Made by a program: the position numbers and the translations under genes. From positions 34,043 through 98,042 of the forward strand of contig DASPOD010000041.1 in assembly GCA_035626215.1 (NCBI GenBank): 64,000 nucleotides of DNA, in the 5' to 3' direction. A model generated the notes under the pieces. The model saw only the letters and a program-made list of their open reading frames with translations. It searched no databases and was not told the origin of the DNA. The stretch's first letter is position 1. Every line of letters begins with the position of its first letter. Of the stretch, positions 36,306-46,756 are shown in pieces. This DNA is from Thermoplasmata archaeon. GTDB lineage: Archaea > Thermoplasmatota > Thermoplasmata > Lutacidiplasmatales > UBA184.

Positions 36306-37382
36306 TCACGTTTGGGTAGTGGGAGTGACTCCCGTGCCGGCCCCGGCCTGGCGACGCGAGGAGCGGTTCGTGCCGAACACCCGCTTCGTGTAACTCACCT
36401 CGGGAATCGGGGTGCCGAGGCCGGGAATACGGCGAACCTTCTCGACATAGGTCATCACACGGCTCAGGGTGACGTTGATGCCGAGGTAGAAGATCGTCAG
36501 TAAGACGAACGCCTCGATGGGGCGCGCGTCGAGCAGTGCGATGTTGACACTCGACCAGTCGTAGAGCTCGAAGATTGAGATATAGCTCAGAATGGTCGCC
36601 GTTTTGAAGTTCGAAATCCACTCGTTCGTGAGCGGCAGGCTGATCAGCCGCAAGGTCTGCGGCATGGTGACCCGGAAGAAGGTCTGAACCCTGGAGAGGC
36701 CGACCGCTTTGGCGCCTTCGATCTGCCCCGCTTCCACGGACTGAATGCCGCCGCGGATGGCTTCGGCCTGGTATCCCGTTGTGTTCAGAAGCAACGCGAT
36801 GAACCCAATCCAGTAGAACTGGTCCCACCCAAACACGTTGAACAACGGAGCCGTCAGCGTCACCGCAAAGAACACCACGTAGAGCTGGACGAGGAACGGA
36901 GTGCCCCGGATCGCTTGCACGTACCCGGTGGCGAACCCGTAGAGGGGCCAACGCCACAGGAACGAGAACCGGCCTCGAGCATGGGCCCGACGGGGGCCTC
37001 GCTGCCGCCTCGGAGGATGAGCTCGAACCATGCCGAGACCCATCGCGAAGCCCAGCCCCAGGACGAACGTATAGGTGGTGAACTCGAGCGAAGTCTCGCA
37101 CGGACCGACGCCGGCGGGCAGGTTTTGGATGATGAACGGGATGCTGTAGTACCCCAACCACCCCATCACGAAGAAGAACGCTAGGGCAGCGGCAACTCCG
37201 ATCGGAAGGTAATAGGTGGAAATCCGGCGCCAGCGGCTCACCCGGGCGGAGCTTCCGGAAGGAACGAGGTTCGGCCCGGTGGTCACCGGTGGGGGCAGCG
37301 GTCCGGTCGGCCGACGCGTCGGAGGTGCGTCGCCGGGGAGCATCCGGGTGTCCGGAAGTGGAGGACCGCCTTCGCCTTCCAT
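36306..37382 (-). CDS. amino-acid ABC transporter permease (HisM/GlnP type) with long N-terminal extension
   Basis: IRGTPFLVQLYVVFF, QAEAIRGGIQSV..GQIEGAKAVGLS and FFRVTMPQ (EAA-loop region). Confidence 0.85.
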   Translation of the reverse strand: MEGEGGPPLPDTRMLPGDAPPTRRPTGPLPPPVTTGPNLVPSGSSARVSRWRRISTYYLPIGVAAALAFFFVMGWLGYYSIPFIIQNLPAGVGPCETSLEFTTYTFVLGLGFAMGLGMVRAHPPRRQRGPRRAHARGRFSFLWRWPLYGFATGYVQAIRGTPFLVQLYVVFFAVTLTAPLFNVFGWDQFYWIGFIALLLNTTGYQAEAIRGGIQSVEAGQIEGAKAVGLSRVQTFFRVTMPQTLRLISLPLTNEWISNFKTATILSYISIFELYDWSSVNIALLDARPIEAFVLLTIFYLGINVTLSRVMTYVEKVRRIPGLGTPIPEVSYTKRVFGTNRSSRRQAGAGTGVTPTTQT

Positions 37383-37388
37383 CCCTGC

Positions 37389-38120
37389 CTACCTCAGGAT
37401 TTTCTTCATGAACGCTTGGGTACGTTCGTGGCCCGCGCGCTCGAAGATCTCCTCCGGGGAGCCTTCCTCGACCACGCGCCCCGCGTCGAAGAACACCACC
37501 CGGTCCGCGACTTCTTTCGCGAACCCCATCTCGTGGGTGACTACCGCCATCGTCATTCCTTCGTGGCCGAGACGAGTCATGACAGCGAGGACCTCGTGAA
37601 TCGACTCGGGGTCGAGGGCGGAGGTCGGTTCGTCGAAGAGGATGGCCTTCGGGTCCATGGCGAGCGCCCGGGCAATCGCGACCCGTTGCTGCTGCCCACC
37701 GGAAAGCTGGGCCGGATACGCATTCAATTTGTCCGCGAGGCCGACCCGGGTGAGCTGTTCGACGGCGATCCTTTCCGCATTCGCCCGCGGGATATGCTTG
37801 ACGTGACGCAAGGCGAGCATCACGTTCTTCTTGACGGTGAGATGCGTGAAGAGATTGAACTGTTGGAACACCATGCCGATCTGTTGTCGCACCCATTCCG
37901 GTCGGATCCTCGGGTCGGTGAGGGCTACCGAGTCGAGGTAGACCTCTCCTTCGTCGGGAGTCACGAGGAGGTTGATGCACCGGAGCAGCGTTGACTTTCC
38001 CGAACCGGACGGTCCTACGATGCACAGGACCTCCCCGGGATTCACATCGACGTCGACGCCCCTCAGCACTTCGAGATCGCCGAACGACTTTCGCACTCCT
38101 CGCACTCGTATCGAGCTCAT
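37389..38120 (-). CDS. amino-acid ABC transporter ATP-binding protein
   Basis: Walker [10 protein letters not shown], signature [15 protein letters not shown], Walker [15 protein letters not shown] at 38120 overlaps the upstream permease stop. Confidence 0.9.
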   Translation of the reverse strand: MSSIRVRGVRKSFGDLEVLRGVDVDVNPGEVLCIVGPSGSGKSTLLRCINLLVTPDEGEVYLDSVALTDPRIRPEWVRQQIGMVFQQFNLFTHLTVKKNVMLALRHVKHIPRANAERIAVEQLTRVGLADKLNAYPAQLSGGQQQRVAIARALAMDPKAILFDEPTSALDPESIHEVLAVMTRLGHEGMTMAVVTHEMGFAKEVADRVVFFDAGRVVEEGSPEEIFERAGHERTQAFMKKILR

Positions 38121-39007
38121 CAGCGGGCCACCTCGAGGCCGGGGACCTTGTAGAGGTCCTCGATGCCTCTCACCAATCGCGTGGCGATGTAGGTCACCAC
38201 GAAGTAGAGGAACGCCGCCTCGATCCAAACCACGAGCGAGCCCTGTAGATAATGCGCGTAGGTGATCGAGTTCGACGCGAGCGCGAGGGAGATACCCCCG
38301 AGCTCGGCCCAGCCGATCACGTTCAACAGGGACGTATCCTTGATCGACGAGGAGAACTCGTTACCGAGAGCGGGCAGCGAGAGCCGGAAGGCCTGGGGCA
38401 GCACCACGAGAAACATCGACGTCAGTCGGGAGATTCCGAGGGCGTCCGCCGCATCGGTCTGTCCGGAAGGGACCGACAGGATCCCGGCCCGCACGATCTC
38501 CGCCTGATAGGCCCCCGTGTGAAACGCGAGCGCGACAACCCCCATCCACATCGTGATCTGCTCTTTGGTGTACGGATTGATGTTCGAAGTTCGCAGCTCG
38601 ACGCCCGTGATCAGCGCGAAAAAGAAGATCAGCGCGATGGGGGGCATGCTCCGGAAGAAATCCACGTAGACGGAACCGAACCCCCGGAGGATCACAAATC
38701 GGGTGGTTCGCGCCCAGCCGATGAGAAACCCTAGACCGAACCCGATCGGGAGGATTACCGCGACGACTTCAAGACTGAGATAGAAGCCCTGGATTAGCGA
38801 GTGCAGCGCGCCAAGCGCGAACGACAGTCGATAGACCTTGAGATAGCCAAGCTCGAGGAGGAACAGGATGCCCCCAATCACCCCCGCGGCGCCGTAGATG
38901 ATCCGGGACCAGATTCTCCAGGGGAAGAATCGCTTGACCACGGAACGCCGCGGCTGCTGGGGAGCGAGTGCGGAAAGAGTTGGGGGGAGGGCGGGACCAC
39001 CCGTCAC
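38120..39007 (-). CDS. amino-acid ABC transporter permease
   Basis: [27 protein letters not shown] and VVLPQAF motifs. Confidence 0.85.
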   Translation of the reverse strand: MTGGPALPPTLSALAPQQPRRSVVKRFFPWRIWSRIIYGAAGVIGGILFLLELGYLKVYRLSFALGALHSLIQGFYLSLEVVAVILPIGFGLGFLIGWARTTRFVILRGFGSVYVDFFRSMPPIALIFFFALITGVELRTSNINPYTKEQITMWMGVVALAFHTGAYQAEIVRAGILSVPSGQTDAADALGISRLTSMFLVVLPQAFRLSLPALGNEFSSSIKDTSLLNVIGWAELGGISLALASNSITYAHYLQGSLVVWIEAAFLYFVVTYIATRLVRGIEDLYKVPGLEVAR

Positions 39008-39130
39008 GGGGTTCCGAAGACCCTCCCCAATTTCAGGTTAGGGGAAACCGTGACCGTTTCGGTTTCGTTGGGCCACGCGCGACGCCGCCCTCCTCATGAT
39101 CCCGTCTTGATGCGGGGAATCGACTCGGGG

Positions 39131-40024
39131 TTACGAGGACCCGAACCACTCCTTGACCAGGTAAGCGTACGTGCCGTTCTGCATTGCCTGCGAGATCACC
39201 GAGTTGATCACCGGGAGGATATGCTCCGGGTCACCGTGGGCCACCGCAAACCCGTACAGCTCGTTCGTCAGGACCTCGCCGGCCACCTTCAGAAGACCGC
39301 CGGAGCCGGCTGCGATCGAAGTCGCGGGTCCGAGGTCGATCATGACCGCCTGCAAGGACTTCGTGAGCAGGGCATCAATCTCTAGGTCAACCGTCGTAAA
39401 CGGTAGCACACTCCCACCCTTGGTCTCGTTACCGATCAGGTACTGCTGACACCAGCTCTGGCTCGAAGTGCCGGTCTGGACCCCGATGGTCAGCCCCGCC
39501 AGTTGGGCAACACCGCAACCTCCCGCGGCCACGGAAGGGCAGGTGATGGAGCTGCCGCTGGGGACGAGGATTGCCTGATTGGCGTCATAATAGGGGCTCG
39601 AGAACGACATCGTAGCGTTCCGTGCCGCACCAACGGTTCCCGATTCCGTGATGGCCGACGCGGCCATGTCCACCACGCCGGCACCGACGTCCGCCAGCAA
39701 CACCGCAAAGTTCGCGTAATTGTCGATCACGAGCTGCCGGTGCAGGGCGTTCGCGATCAGCTGCGAGAAATTCATGTCGAAACCGACGTACGTCCCGGTC
39801 GTGTTGTTGAAGGTCTCAAACGGCGGGAATGGCACATTGGTTCCCACGACGAAATAGTGGGAACTCGACGATGAGCTACTCGAGGCTAGTACGGTCTTTC
39901 CGACATACAATCCCGCCGCCAAAGCGATGATCGCGACGAGCACCACCGTCGCGACGAACACGCCTCGGCTTATCCCGCGTCGCATCGCCTCAGTAGGTGG
40001 CGACGCCGCTCCCCCTGCGGCCAT
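39131..40024 (-). CDS. amino-acid ABC transporter substrate-binding protein (family 3), membrane-anchored
   Basis: N-terminal TM plus Ser-rich linker, then GTNVPFPPFE...GFDMNF...DMAASAIT...SSPYY. Confidence 0.85.
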   Translation of the reverse strand: MAAGGAASPPTEAMRRGISRGVFVATVVLVAIIALAAGLYVGKTVLASSSSSSSSHYFVVGTNVPFPPFETFNNTTGTYVGFDMNFSQLIANALHRQLVIDNYANFAVLLADVGAGVVDMAASAITESGTVGAARNATMSFSSPYYDANQAILVPSGSSITCPSVAAGGCGVAQLAGLTIGVQTGTSSQSWCQQYLIGNETKGGSVLPFTTVDLEIDALLTKSLQAVMIDLGPATSIAAGSGGLLKVAGEVLTNELYGFAVAHGDPEHILPVINSVISQAMQNGTYAYLVKEWFGSS

Positions 40025-40241
40025 CGGCCCGTCACCGTAGTTTCCGTATTTGAAGCTCCCTCAGACGTGGCCAGTGAGCCCGCGGATTCGCTCTCCGGTC
40101 GCTGCTATCGCGACAGGTAGAGTTTCGTGACAATGAAAAAAATGAGATAGTGTCGACCCCGGCATCCGCTCCGAGGAGTCCGTCGGTCCGCAATCCTCAA
40201 TCTTATATCGGGGGGGTTCGTCGCCGGCGTCGCGTCACGCT

Positions 40242-41321
40242 ATGGCCGAGCCCGAAGCGCTCTCCGTTCCACCCTCCCAATCCGGAGCCGCAGCGTTCCC
40301 AGAAGGAGCGCTGGTCGACACTTACCGTTTGATGGTGCTCGCTCGCGCGACCGACGAGCGATGCCTCTCGCTGCAACGGCAAGGTCGGATCGGGTTCTAC
40401 GCGCCGCTGATGGGGCAGGAAGCCGCTCAGGTAGGCGCGAGTCGCGCGCTCTCGCCCGAAGACTGGGTGTTCCCGGCCTACCGGGAGCTGGCCGTCGCCC
40501 TCGCACGAGGGGTATCGCTCCGGGCGATTTTCGACCAATTGCTGGGGAACGCGGACGACCGAATCAAGGGGCGACAGATGCCGAACCATTTCGGATTTCG
40601 GGACGTGAACTTCGTGGTCGCCTCGAGCCCGATCGGCACGCAGATCACCCAGGCTGTCGGAGCGGCTATGGCGGCCCAGCGCCGCGGAGACCCGATCGTC
40701 ACGATCGCGTTCTTCGGCGATGGAGCCACCAGCTCGAACGACTTTCACGCCGGCCTCAACTTCGCCGGCGTGTTCCGCACGCCCACGATTTTCTTTTGCC
40801 AGAACAATCAGTGGGCGATCTCCCTGCCGCGCGAGCGGCAGACCCGAAGCGCGACGCTAGCGGAGAAAGCCTCGGCCTATGGGTTCCCCGGCGTCCTCAT
40901 CGACGGGAATGACGTGCGCGCGGTGTACGGCTCGGTGCGAGAGGCGAGGGCGCGCGCCGTCGCCGGGGGCGGCCCGACCCTCATCGAGGCCGAGGTGTAC
41001 CGATTTGGGCCGCACTCTACGTCCGACGACCCGCAACGGTACCGGACCGAAGCCCAGCTCACCGCGGCGAAGCAACGGGACCCGCTCGGTCGTCTGAAGG
41101 GCGAGCTCGTTGCGGCCGGAACGTGGTCGGAAGAAGCCGACAAGACGCTCTGGGAGAAATGCCGGGCCCAGGTCGCCGAGACATTCGAGGCGGCCGAGAA
41201 GGCCGCCCCGCTCGACCCCCGCTCGGTGTTCGACGATGTCTTCGAGCGTCTCACCCCCCGGCTCGCGGAGGAACGGGAGGAGTACGATGCCCTCGTGCGC
41301 AACGGAGTGCTGAAGCTTTGA
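40242..41321 (+). CDS. 2-oxoacid dehydrogenase E1 component alpha subunit
   Basis: TPP motif FFGDGATSSNDFHAGLNFAGVFRTPTIFFCQNNQWAIS. A cttatatc TATA-like box lies about 38 nt upstream. Confidence 0.9.
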   Translation: MAEPEALSVPPSQSGAAAFPEGALVDTYRLMVLARATDERCLSLQRQGRIGFYAPLMGQEAAQVGASRALSPEDWVFPAYRELAVALARGVSLRAIFDQLLGNADDRIKGRQMPNHFGFRDVNFVVASSPIGTQITQAVGAAMAAQRRGDPIVTIAFFGDGATSSNDFHAGLNFAGVFRTPTIFFCQNNQWAISLPRERQTRSATLAEKASAYGFPGVLIDGNDVRAVYGSVREARARAVAGGGPTLIEAEVYRFGPHSTSDDPQRYRTEAQLTAAKQRDPLGRLKGELVAAGTWSEEADKTLWEKCRAQVAETFEAAEKAAPLDPRSVFDDVFERLTPRLAEEREEYDALVRNGVLKL

Positions 41322-41326
41322 CCGAA

Positions 41327-42295
41327 ATGAACCTCGTCCAGGCGATCAACCGTACCCTGCGGGACGCCATGCGCGCCGACCCGAACGTCCTTCTGCTCGG
41401 CGAGGACATCGGCGTCAACGGTGGAGTGTTCCGCGCGACGGACGGCCTCATCAAGGAGTTCGGCGCCGATCGGGTGATCGACACCCCGCTCTCCGAGACC
41501 GGTATCGTGGGGACGGCGATCGGCATGGCCCTCTATGGTCTCAAACCCGTCGCCGAGATCCAGTTCCTCGATTTCATTTATCCGGCGTTCGACCAAATCG
41601 TGAGCGAACTCGCGAAGTTCCGCTACCGGTCGGGCGGTCAATACCCGGCGCACGTTGTGATCCGCTCGCCGTACGGCGGTGGCATCAAAGGAGGGCTCTA
41701 CCACTCACAGAGCACGGAGGCGTACTTCTGCCACACGCCCGGCATCAAGGTCGTCGTGCCGTCCACGCCCGCCGACGCCCGAGGCCTGCTGTTCAGCGCG
41801 ATCGACGACCCCGACCCCGTGCTGTTCCTCGAGCCGAAGCGCATCTACCGATCGCTGACCGGAGAGGTTCCCGACGGGAGTGAACGAATCCCGTTCGGAC
41901 GGGCCCGGCTCATGCGCGACGGCTCGGACGTCTCCTTATTCGCCTACGGAGCGATGGTCCCCCCGACCATGGACGCAGCCGAAACCCTCGCAAAGACGGG
42001 CATCTCCGCGGAGGTGGTCGACCTTCGCTCGCTCGTCCCGCTCGACGAGGCCGCGGTGATCGAGTCGGTGGAAAAGACGGGACGGGCGGTGATCGTCCAT
42101 GAGGCCGCGCGATTCTGCGGGTTTGGGGCCGAGCTCGCCGCCCTCCTTTCCGAAAAGGCGCTCTACTCACTCAAGGCACCGATCGCTCGCGTGACCGGTT
42201 TTGACACGCCCTTCCCGTATGCGCTGGAGAACGTCTACCTCCCGAACGCCGAACGCATCGCCCACGCCGCGCAGAACGCGGTACGGGCGTCCTAG
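41327..42295 (+). CDS. 2-oxoacid dehydrogenase E1 component beta subunit
   Basis: MNLVQAINRTLRDAM..., GEDIGVNGGVFRAT and DTPLSETGIVG. The in-frame upstream part of the track ORF overlaps E1 alpha. Confidence 0.9.
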   Translation: MNLVQAINRTLRDAMRADPNVLLLGEDIGVNGGVFRATDGLIKEFGADRVIDTPLSETGIVGTAIGMALYGLKPVAEIQFLDFIYPAFDQIVSELAKFRYRSGGQYPAHVVIRSPYGGGIKGGLYHSQSTEAYFCHTPGIKVVVPSTPADARGLLFSAIDDPDPVLFLEPKRIYRSLTGEVPDGSERIPFGRARLMRDGSDVSLFAYGAMVPPTMDAAETLAKTGISAEVVDLRSLVPLDEAAVIESVEKTGRAVIVHEAARFCGFGAELAALLSEKALYSLKAPIARVTGFDTPFPYALENVYLPNAERIAHAAQNAVRAS

Positions 42296-42308
42296 TCAAG
42301 AGGCTCCT

Positions 42309-43598
42309 ATGCCGTACGAGTTCCGCCTGCCGGACATCGGCGAGGGGGTGGCCGAAGGAGAAGTCGTTCGCTGGTTCGTCAAGGAAGGTGATCAGATCCG
42401 CTCCGACGAACCCCTGGTCAGCGTGCTGACCGACAAGGCGAACGTCGAGATTCCCTCGCCCAAGACCGGTCGGGTAATCGGGATTCACGCTCAGGTGGGC
42501 GAGAAAGTGAAAGTCGGTGGCCTGCTCGTCACGATCGAGACCGAAGGCGGTTCGCCCGGGGCGCCGCCCTCGAAGGCCACGGCTCCTCCTCCCACGGCGC
42601 CGCCCACGCCCGTCCCTTCTCCCCCGGCGCAAGCGCCGAGCCCTTCCTCGTCCGGACCCGCTGCCGTGCTCGCCTCGCCGTTCATTCGACGTCGGGCCGC
42701 TGAGCTCGGCATCGACCTCGCCCAGGTTGTGGGGACCGGCCCCAACGGCCGGATCACGGACGCCGACCTCGAGGGCGCCCGCGCCGGCCCGGCAGAATCG
42801 ACCTCCTCGCCAATGTGGCCCGCGCTTTCGTCGCCCGCGGTCACACCCGCCGTGGTCCATCCACCTCCATCCGCCCCGACGAAGACCGAGGACGTGCTCG
42901 AACGAGTGCCGATCCGTGGAATTCGTCGGGTAATCGCCGAGCACATGACGGAATCGAAGCACCGGGCGGCTCACTTCACCTACGTCGAGGATGTCGACAT
43001 GAGCGAGCTCGTAGCCCTGCGCGACCGGATGGCGAAACACGTGGAGAAGCAAGGGGTTCGACTGAGCTATCTCCCGTTCATCGTGAAGGCGGTAGTCGCC
43101 GGGCTGAAGGCGTACCCGCGTCTCAACGCCACGGTCGACGACGCTCGGCAAGAGCTCCTCGTCCGGTCGCACTATCACATCGGGATCGCCACCGCCGCAC
43201 CGGACGGTCTCCTCGTCCCGGTCGTCCGTGACGCCGACCGAAAGAGCGTGGTCGCCCTCGCTCGGGAGATTCAGGACCTCGCGGAGCGGGGCCGAGCCGG
43301 CACGTTGCGCCGGGACGAGCTCGCCGGGAGCACCTTCACGATCTCGAGTCTGGGGGCGCTCGGCGGGGTCCTTGCCACCCCCATCCTGAACTACCCGGAG
43401 GTCGCGATCCTAGGGGTCCACAAGATCCAACGTCGTCCCGTCTATCGCTCCGACGGCTCGCTCGGCGCCGCGGACATGATGAACCTATCCATCTCGCTCG
43501 ACCACCGCGTCGTGGATGGGTTTGAGGGCGCGCAGTTCGTCGCGAAGGTGAAGTCGTACCTCGAGGACCCGCACCAGCTGTTCGCCGAGCTTGCATGA
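42309..43598 (+). CDS. dihydrolipoamide acyltransferase (E2)
   Basis: Lipoyl domain (LPDIGEGVAEGEV...VLTDKANVEIPS), a Pro/Ala linker, a subunit-binding domain, and the catalytic DHRVVDG. Confidence 0.9.
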   Translation: MPYEFRLPDIGEGVAEGEVVRWFVKEGDQIRSDEPLVSVLTDKANVEIPSPKTGRVIGIHAQVGEKVKVGGLLVTIETEGGSPGAPPSKATAPPPTAPPTPVPSPPAQAPSPSSSGPAAVLASPFIRRRAAELGIDLAQVVGTGPNGRITDADLEGARAGPAESTSSPMWPALSSPAVTPAVVHPPPSAPTKTEDVLERVPIRGIRRVIAEHMTESKHRAAHFTYVEDVDMSELVALRDRMAKHVEKQGVRLSYLPFIVKAVVAGLKAYPRLNATVDDARQELLVRSHYHIGIATAAPDGLLVPVVRDADRKSVVALAREIQDLAERGRAGTLRRDELAGSTFTISSLGALGGVLATPILNYPEVAILGVHKIQRRPVYRSDGSLGAADMMNLSISLDHRVVDGFEGAQFVAKVKSYLEDPHQLFAELA

Positions 43599-44650
43599 CC
43601 CCACCGCCGACGGTCGAACCCCTGACGTACGCCCCTGAGGACGTCGCGAACCTCGTCGGCCCGGGGTGGGAAGAGCTCCTCGCCTCCGCGTTTCGCTGGA
43701 TGCTGCTCGGGCGAGCCCTCGACGCCCGGATGCAGGGACTTCAACGTCAGGGGCGAGTGGGCTTCTACGGCGCCGCGACCGGACATGAGGCGGTGAACGT
43801 AGCCGCGGGACTCGCATCCGCCCGGGACGATTGGGTATTTCCGGGCCTGCGGGAGCAGCTCGTCGCGCTCGTGCGGGGCCATCCTCTGTCGGCCTACGCT
43901 CATCATCTGTTCGCCGACGCGAACGACCCAGCGCGCGGACGGAACATGCCGTGCCATCCCACCGCCTCCGAGGTCCACTACGTGTCGATGTCCTCCGTGG
44001 TGGGCACCCAGGTCTCCCATGCGGTAGGGGTTGCCTACGGGCAGAAGCTCCGGGGAGAGACGGCCGCAACACTCGCGTTCTTCGGGGACGGGGCGACGAG
44101 CGCGAACGACTTTCACGCGGGGCTCAACTTCGCCGGAGTCTTCCAACTCCCGGTGGTATTCTGTTGCGCGAATAATCAGTGGGCGATCTCGACGCCGGTC
44201 GCCCGTCAGTCCGCGAGCGGGTCGCTCGCATCCAAGGCGGCGGCGTACGGCTTCTCGGGTCGCGCTATCGACGGGACCGATTTCGTCGCGAGCTATGCCG
44301 CGCTTGCGACCGCACTCAAAGAGGCCCGGGCCGGCCATGGCCCGACGCTCCTCGAATTCGTCGTCTACCGGATGGTCCCCCATTCGAGCTCGGACGACCC
44401 GGGACGGTACCAGCCGGCCGACTGGATGGCCCGCGCGGCGGCCCACGACCCGGTGGACCGTCTCAGGTCCTGGTTGGTCGCCCAGCGGCTGATGAACGAC
44501 ATCGAACTCGCTCGTTGGAGCTCCGAGGTCGATCGCGAGGTCCGCACTGCCGTGGAGGAGGCCGAGAGGGCGCCGGCGCCGGCCGCGGAATCGTTGACCG
44601 AAGACGTCTATGCCTCCCACTCGTACCCCCCTCCTGGACCGCGAGAGTAA
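43595..44650 (+). CDS. second E1 alpha-subunit paralogue
   Basis: FFGDGATSANDFHAGLNFAGVFQLPVVFCCANNQWAIS. ATGA overlap with the E2 stop. No second beta subunit follows. Confidence 0.85.
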   Translation: MTPPPTVEPLTYAPEDVANLVGPGWEELLASAFRWMLLGRALDARMQGLQRQGRVGFYGAATGHEAVNVAAGLASARDDWVFPGLREQLVALVRGHPLSAYAHHLFADANDPARGRNMPCHPTASEVHYVSMSSVVGTQVSHAVGVAYGQKLRGETAATLAFFGDGATSANDFHAGLNFAGVFQLPVVFCCANNQWAISTPVARQSASGSLASKAAAYGFSGRAIDGTDFVASYAALATALKEARAGHGPTLLEFVVYRMVPHSSSDDPGRYQPADWMARAAAHDPVDRLRSWLVAQRLMNDIELARWSSEVDREVRTAVEEAERAPAPAAESLTEDVYASHSYPPPGPRE

Positions 44651-44661
44651 TCGGGCGTATC

Positions 44662-46104
44662 ATGGCCGGAACGTTTGCGAGGTCGACGCAGTTGCTGGTC
44701 GTGGGCGGTGGCCCGGGCGGCTACATGGCCGCGATACGCTCGGGACAGCTCGGCCGGAAGGTCCTCGTCGTGGAGCGCCAGGACCTTGGCGGGGAGTGCC
44801 TCAACCGCGGTTGCATACCCTCGAAGGCGCTGATCCACGCCTCTCTCCTCTACCACGCCCTACGGACCGAGGGGCCGGATATCGGGGTGACCGCCGCCGA
44901 AGCGAAGTTCGACCTTGGCCAGACCATGCGCTGGAAGGAAGAGGTGGTGGCAAAGGAGCGGCAAGGCGTGGCCGGCCTGCTCAAGTCCGCGGGGGCCACG
45001 GTGCTCCTCGGGAACGCCCGCTTCACCGGTCCCAACTCGGTCGACGTCACCGCCCCGGACGGAGGCCACGAGCGGGTCGATTTCGAGCAGGCGATCATCG
45101 CGGTCGGGGCCCACCACTCCACGATTCCGGGATTCGAAACCGACGGGGAACGCGTCGTGAACGCCTGGGACCTCCTGTCGATCAAGAGCCTGCCGCGTTC
45201 GATGCTGATCCTGGGGGGCGGAGTCTCGGGCTGCGAGCTGGGAGAGTTCTTGGCTCGGGTAGGGGTGGATGTCACGATCGTCGAGATGATGCCCCAGCTG
45301 TTGCCGGGCCTGGAAGCCGACCTCGCCCGGGAGCTCACCGGGGCGCTCGAACGCCTGGGGGTGAAAGTCCGGGTCGGAACCCGCGCCGTCGCTCTCCGGA
45401 AGGAGGACGACCGCATCACCATGACGGTCGAAACCGCCGGTGGGAAGGACGACCTCTTCGGTGAGCGACTCTTTGTGACGATCGGCAAGCGCCCGAACAC
45501 TCGAGAGCTCGGCCTTGAGGACGCCGGGGTTCGGTTCGATGCGAAATCCGGATTCATCTCGGCGGACGACCAGATGCGGACGAACCAGCCCCATATCTTC
45601 GCCGTCGGGGACGTCGCGCGTCCCCCGATGCTCGCGCACAAAGCCTACCGGGAAGGCGTGGTGGCGGCCGAGGCGGCGGCCGGTCAAGCGACGCGATTCC
45701 AATTCCAAGCGATGCCGTCGGTCGTCTTCACCACGCCCGAGCTCGCCACCGTTGGCCTGACGAAACCCGAGGCCGAGGCCAAGGGGTATGTCGTGCGCGA
45801 GGCACGATTCCCGTACATCGCCCTCGGGCGAGCGCACGCCAACCATGCGGTCCAGGGGTGGGTGAAACTGGTCGGGGACGACCGAACCGGACGCCTCCTG
45901 GGTGTCCATGCCGCGGGCGAGAGCGTCGGTGAGTTCGTCGCGGAAGCCGCCCATGCGATCGAGATGGGAGCAACGGTCCGCGACCTCGCACTGACCATCC
46001 ATCCTCACCCGACCTTCTCCGAGACCCTGCAGGAAGCCGCGTTCGTTTGGCTTGGGGAACCGATGCACGTGGCCCGACGGAGGACGGATGCCGGCGGTCG
46101 TTGA
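44662..46104 (+). CDS. lpdA: dihydrolipoamide dehydrogenase (E3)
   Basis: VVGGGPGGY, redox-active GGECLNRGCIPSK and C-terminal HPHPTFSE. Confidence 0.9.
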   Translation: MAGTFARSTQLLVVGGGPGGYMAAIRSGQLGRKVLVVERQDLGGECLNRGCIPSKALIHASLLYHALRTEGPDIGVTAAEAKFDLGQTMRWKEEVVAKERQGVAGLLKSAGATVLLGNARFTGPNSVDVTAPDGGHERVDFEQAIIAVGAHHSTIPGFETDGERVVNAWDLLSIKSLPRSMLILGGGVSGCELGEFLARVGVDVTIVEMMPQLLPGLEADLARELTGALERLGVKVRVGTRAVALRKEDDRITMTVETAGGKDDLFGERLFVTIGKRPNTRELGLEDAGVRFDAKSGFISADDQMRTNQPHIFAVGDVARPPMLAHKAYREGVVAAEAAAGQATRFQFQAMPSVVFTTPELATVGLTKPEAEAKGYVVREARFPYIALGRAHANHAVQGWVKLVGDDRTGRLLGVHAAGESVGEFVAEAAHAIEMGATVRDLALTIHPHPTFSETLQEAAFVWLGEPMHVARRRTDAGGR

Positions 46105-46756
46105 GTGGGGATTACGCGAATATACCGACTCGCTCGCCGCGATGCGAGCTCTCGTGCGGGCTCGCCGTGACGGCGAGGTCGAAGACACTCTGATCCTCGT
46201 CGAACACCCTCCGGTGGTGACGGTGGGCGTCGAAGGGGACGATGGCTCGGCCGCGGCGTCCGGCCTTCCAGTCATCTCGGTGGAGCGCGGCGGACGGGCG
46301 ACCTTTCACGGCCCGGGACAGCTGGTCGGCTATCCCATCGTCGACCTTTCGGCGCGGGGTCGGGATGTCCGCCGGTTCGTTCACGAGGTCGAGGAGTTGA
46401 TGGTCCGCTCGTTGACACCGTTCGGAGTTACCTCGGGCCATGTGCACGGCCGTCGCGGCGTGTGGGTGGATGGCGAGCGTAAGATTGGGTCGGTGGGGAT
46501 CGCCGTCGACCACTGGGTCACGTTGCACGGGTTCGCCCTGAACGTCGACCCGGAGTTGGCCGCGTTCGAGCGGTTCCACCCTTGCGGATTTTCCGGCTCG
46601 GTCATGACCTCGCTCGCGCACGAGCTGGGTCGGCCGGTTCGAGTGTCGGAGGTCGTCCCTCACACCGTCGCGGCGTGGCGAGAGCTGTTCGCCGCTCCGG
46701 TTGAGTCCCCGATACCTTCCCCCGAGATGGTCTCCCCGTCACCTGGCCCGGCATGA
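46088..46756 (+). CDS. lipB: lipoyl(octanoyl) transferase
   Basis: ERGGRATFHGPGQLVGYPI, KIGSVGI and HPCGF motifs. Overlaps the E3 end by 17 nt. Confidence 0.85.
   Translation: MPAVVEWGLREYTDSLAAMRALVRARRDGEVEDTLILVEHPPVVTVGVEGDDGSAAASGLPVISVERGGRATFHGPGQLVGYPIVDLSARGRDVRRFVHEVEELMVRSLTPFGVTSGHVHGRRGVWVDGERKIGSVGIAVDHWVTLHGFALNVDPELAAFERFHPCGFSGSVMTSLAHELGRPVRVSEVVPHTVAAWRELFAAPVESPIPSPEMVSPSPGPA

Noticed and set aside
36301-38025. 574-aa minus-strand ORF
   Set aside because: It is an alternative frame over the ABC permease and ATPase genes, which carry Walker/signature and EAA motifs. Arg/Pro-rich junk.
43442-46275. Long minus-strand ORFs 43442..44620, 44860..46275 and 44850..45641
   Set aside because: They are antisense to the E1alpha' and E3 genes, with no motifs.
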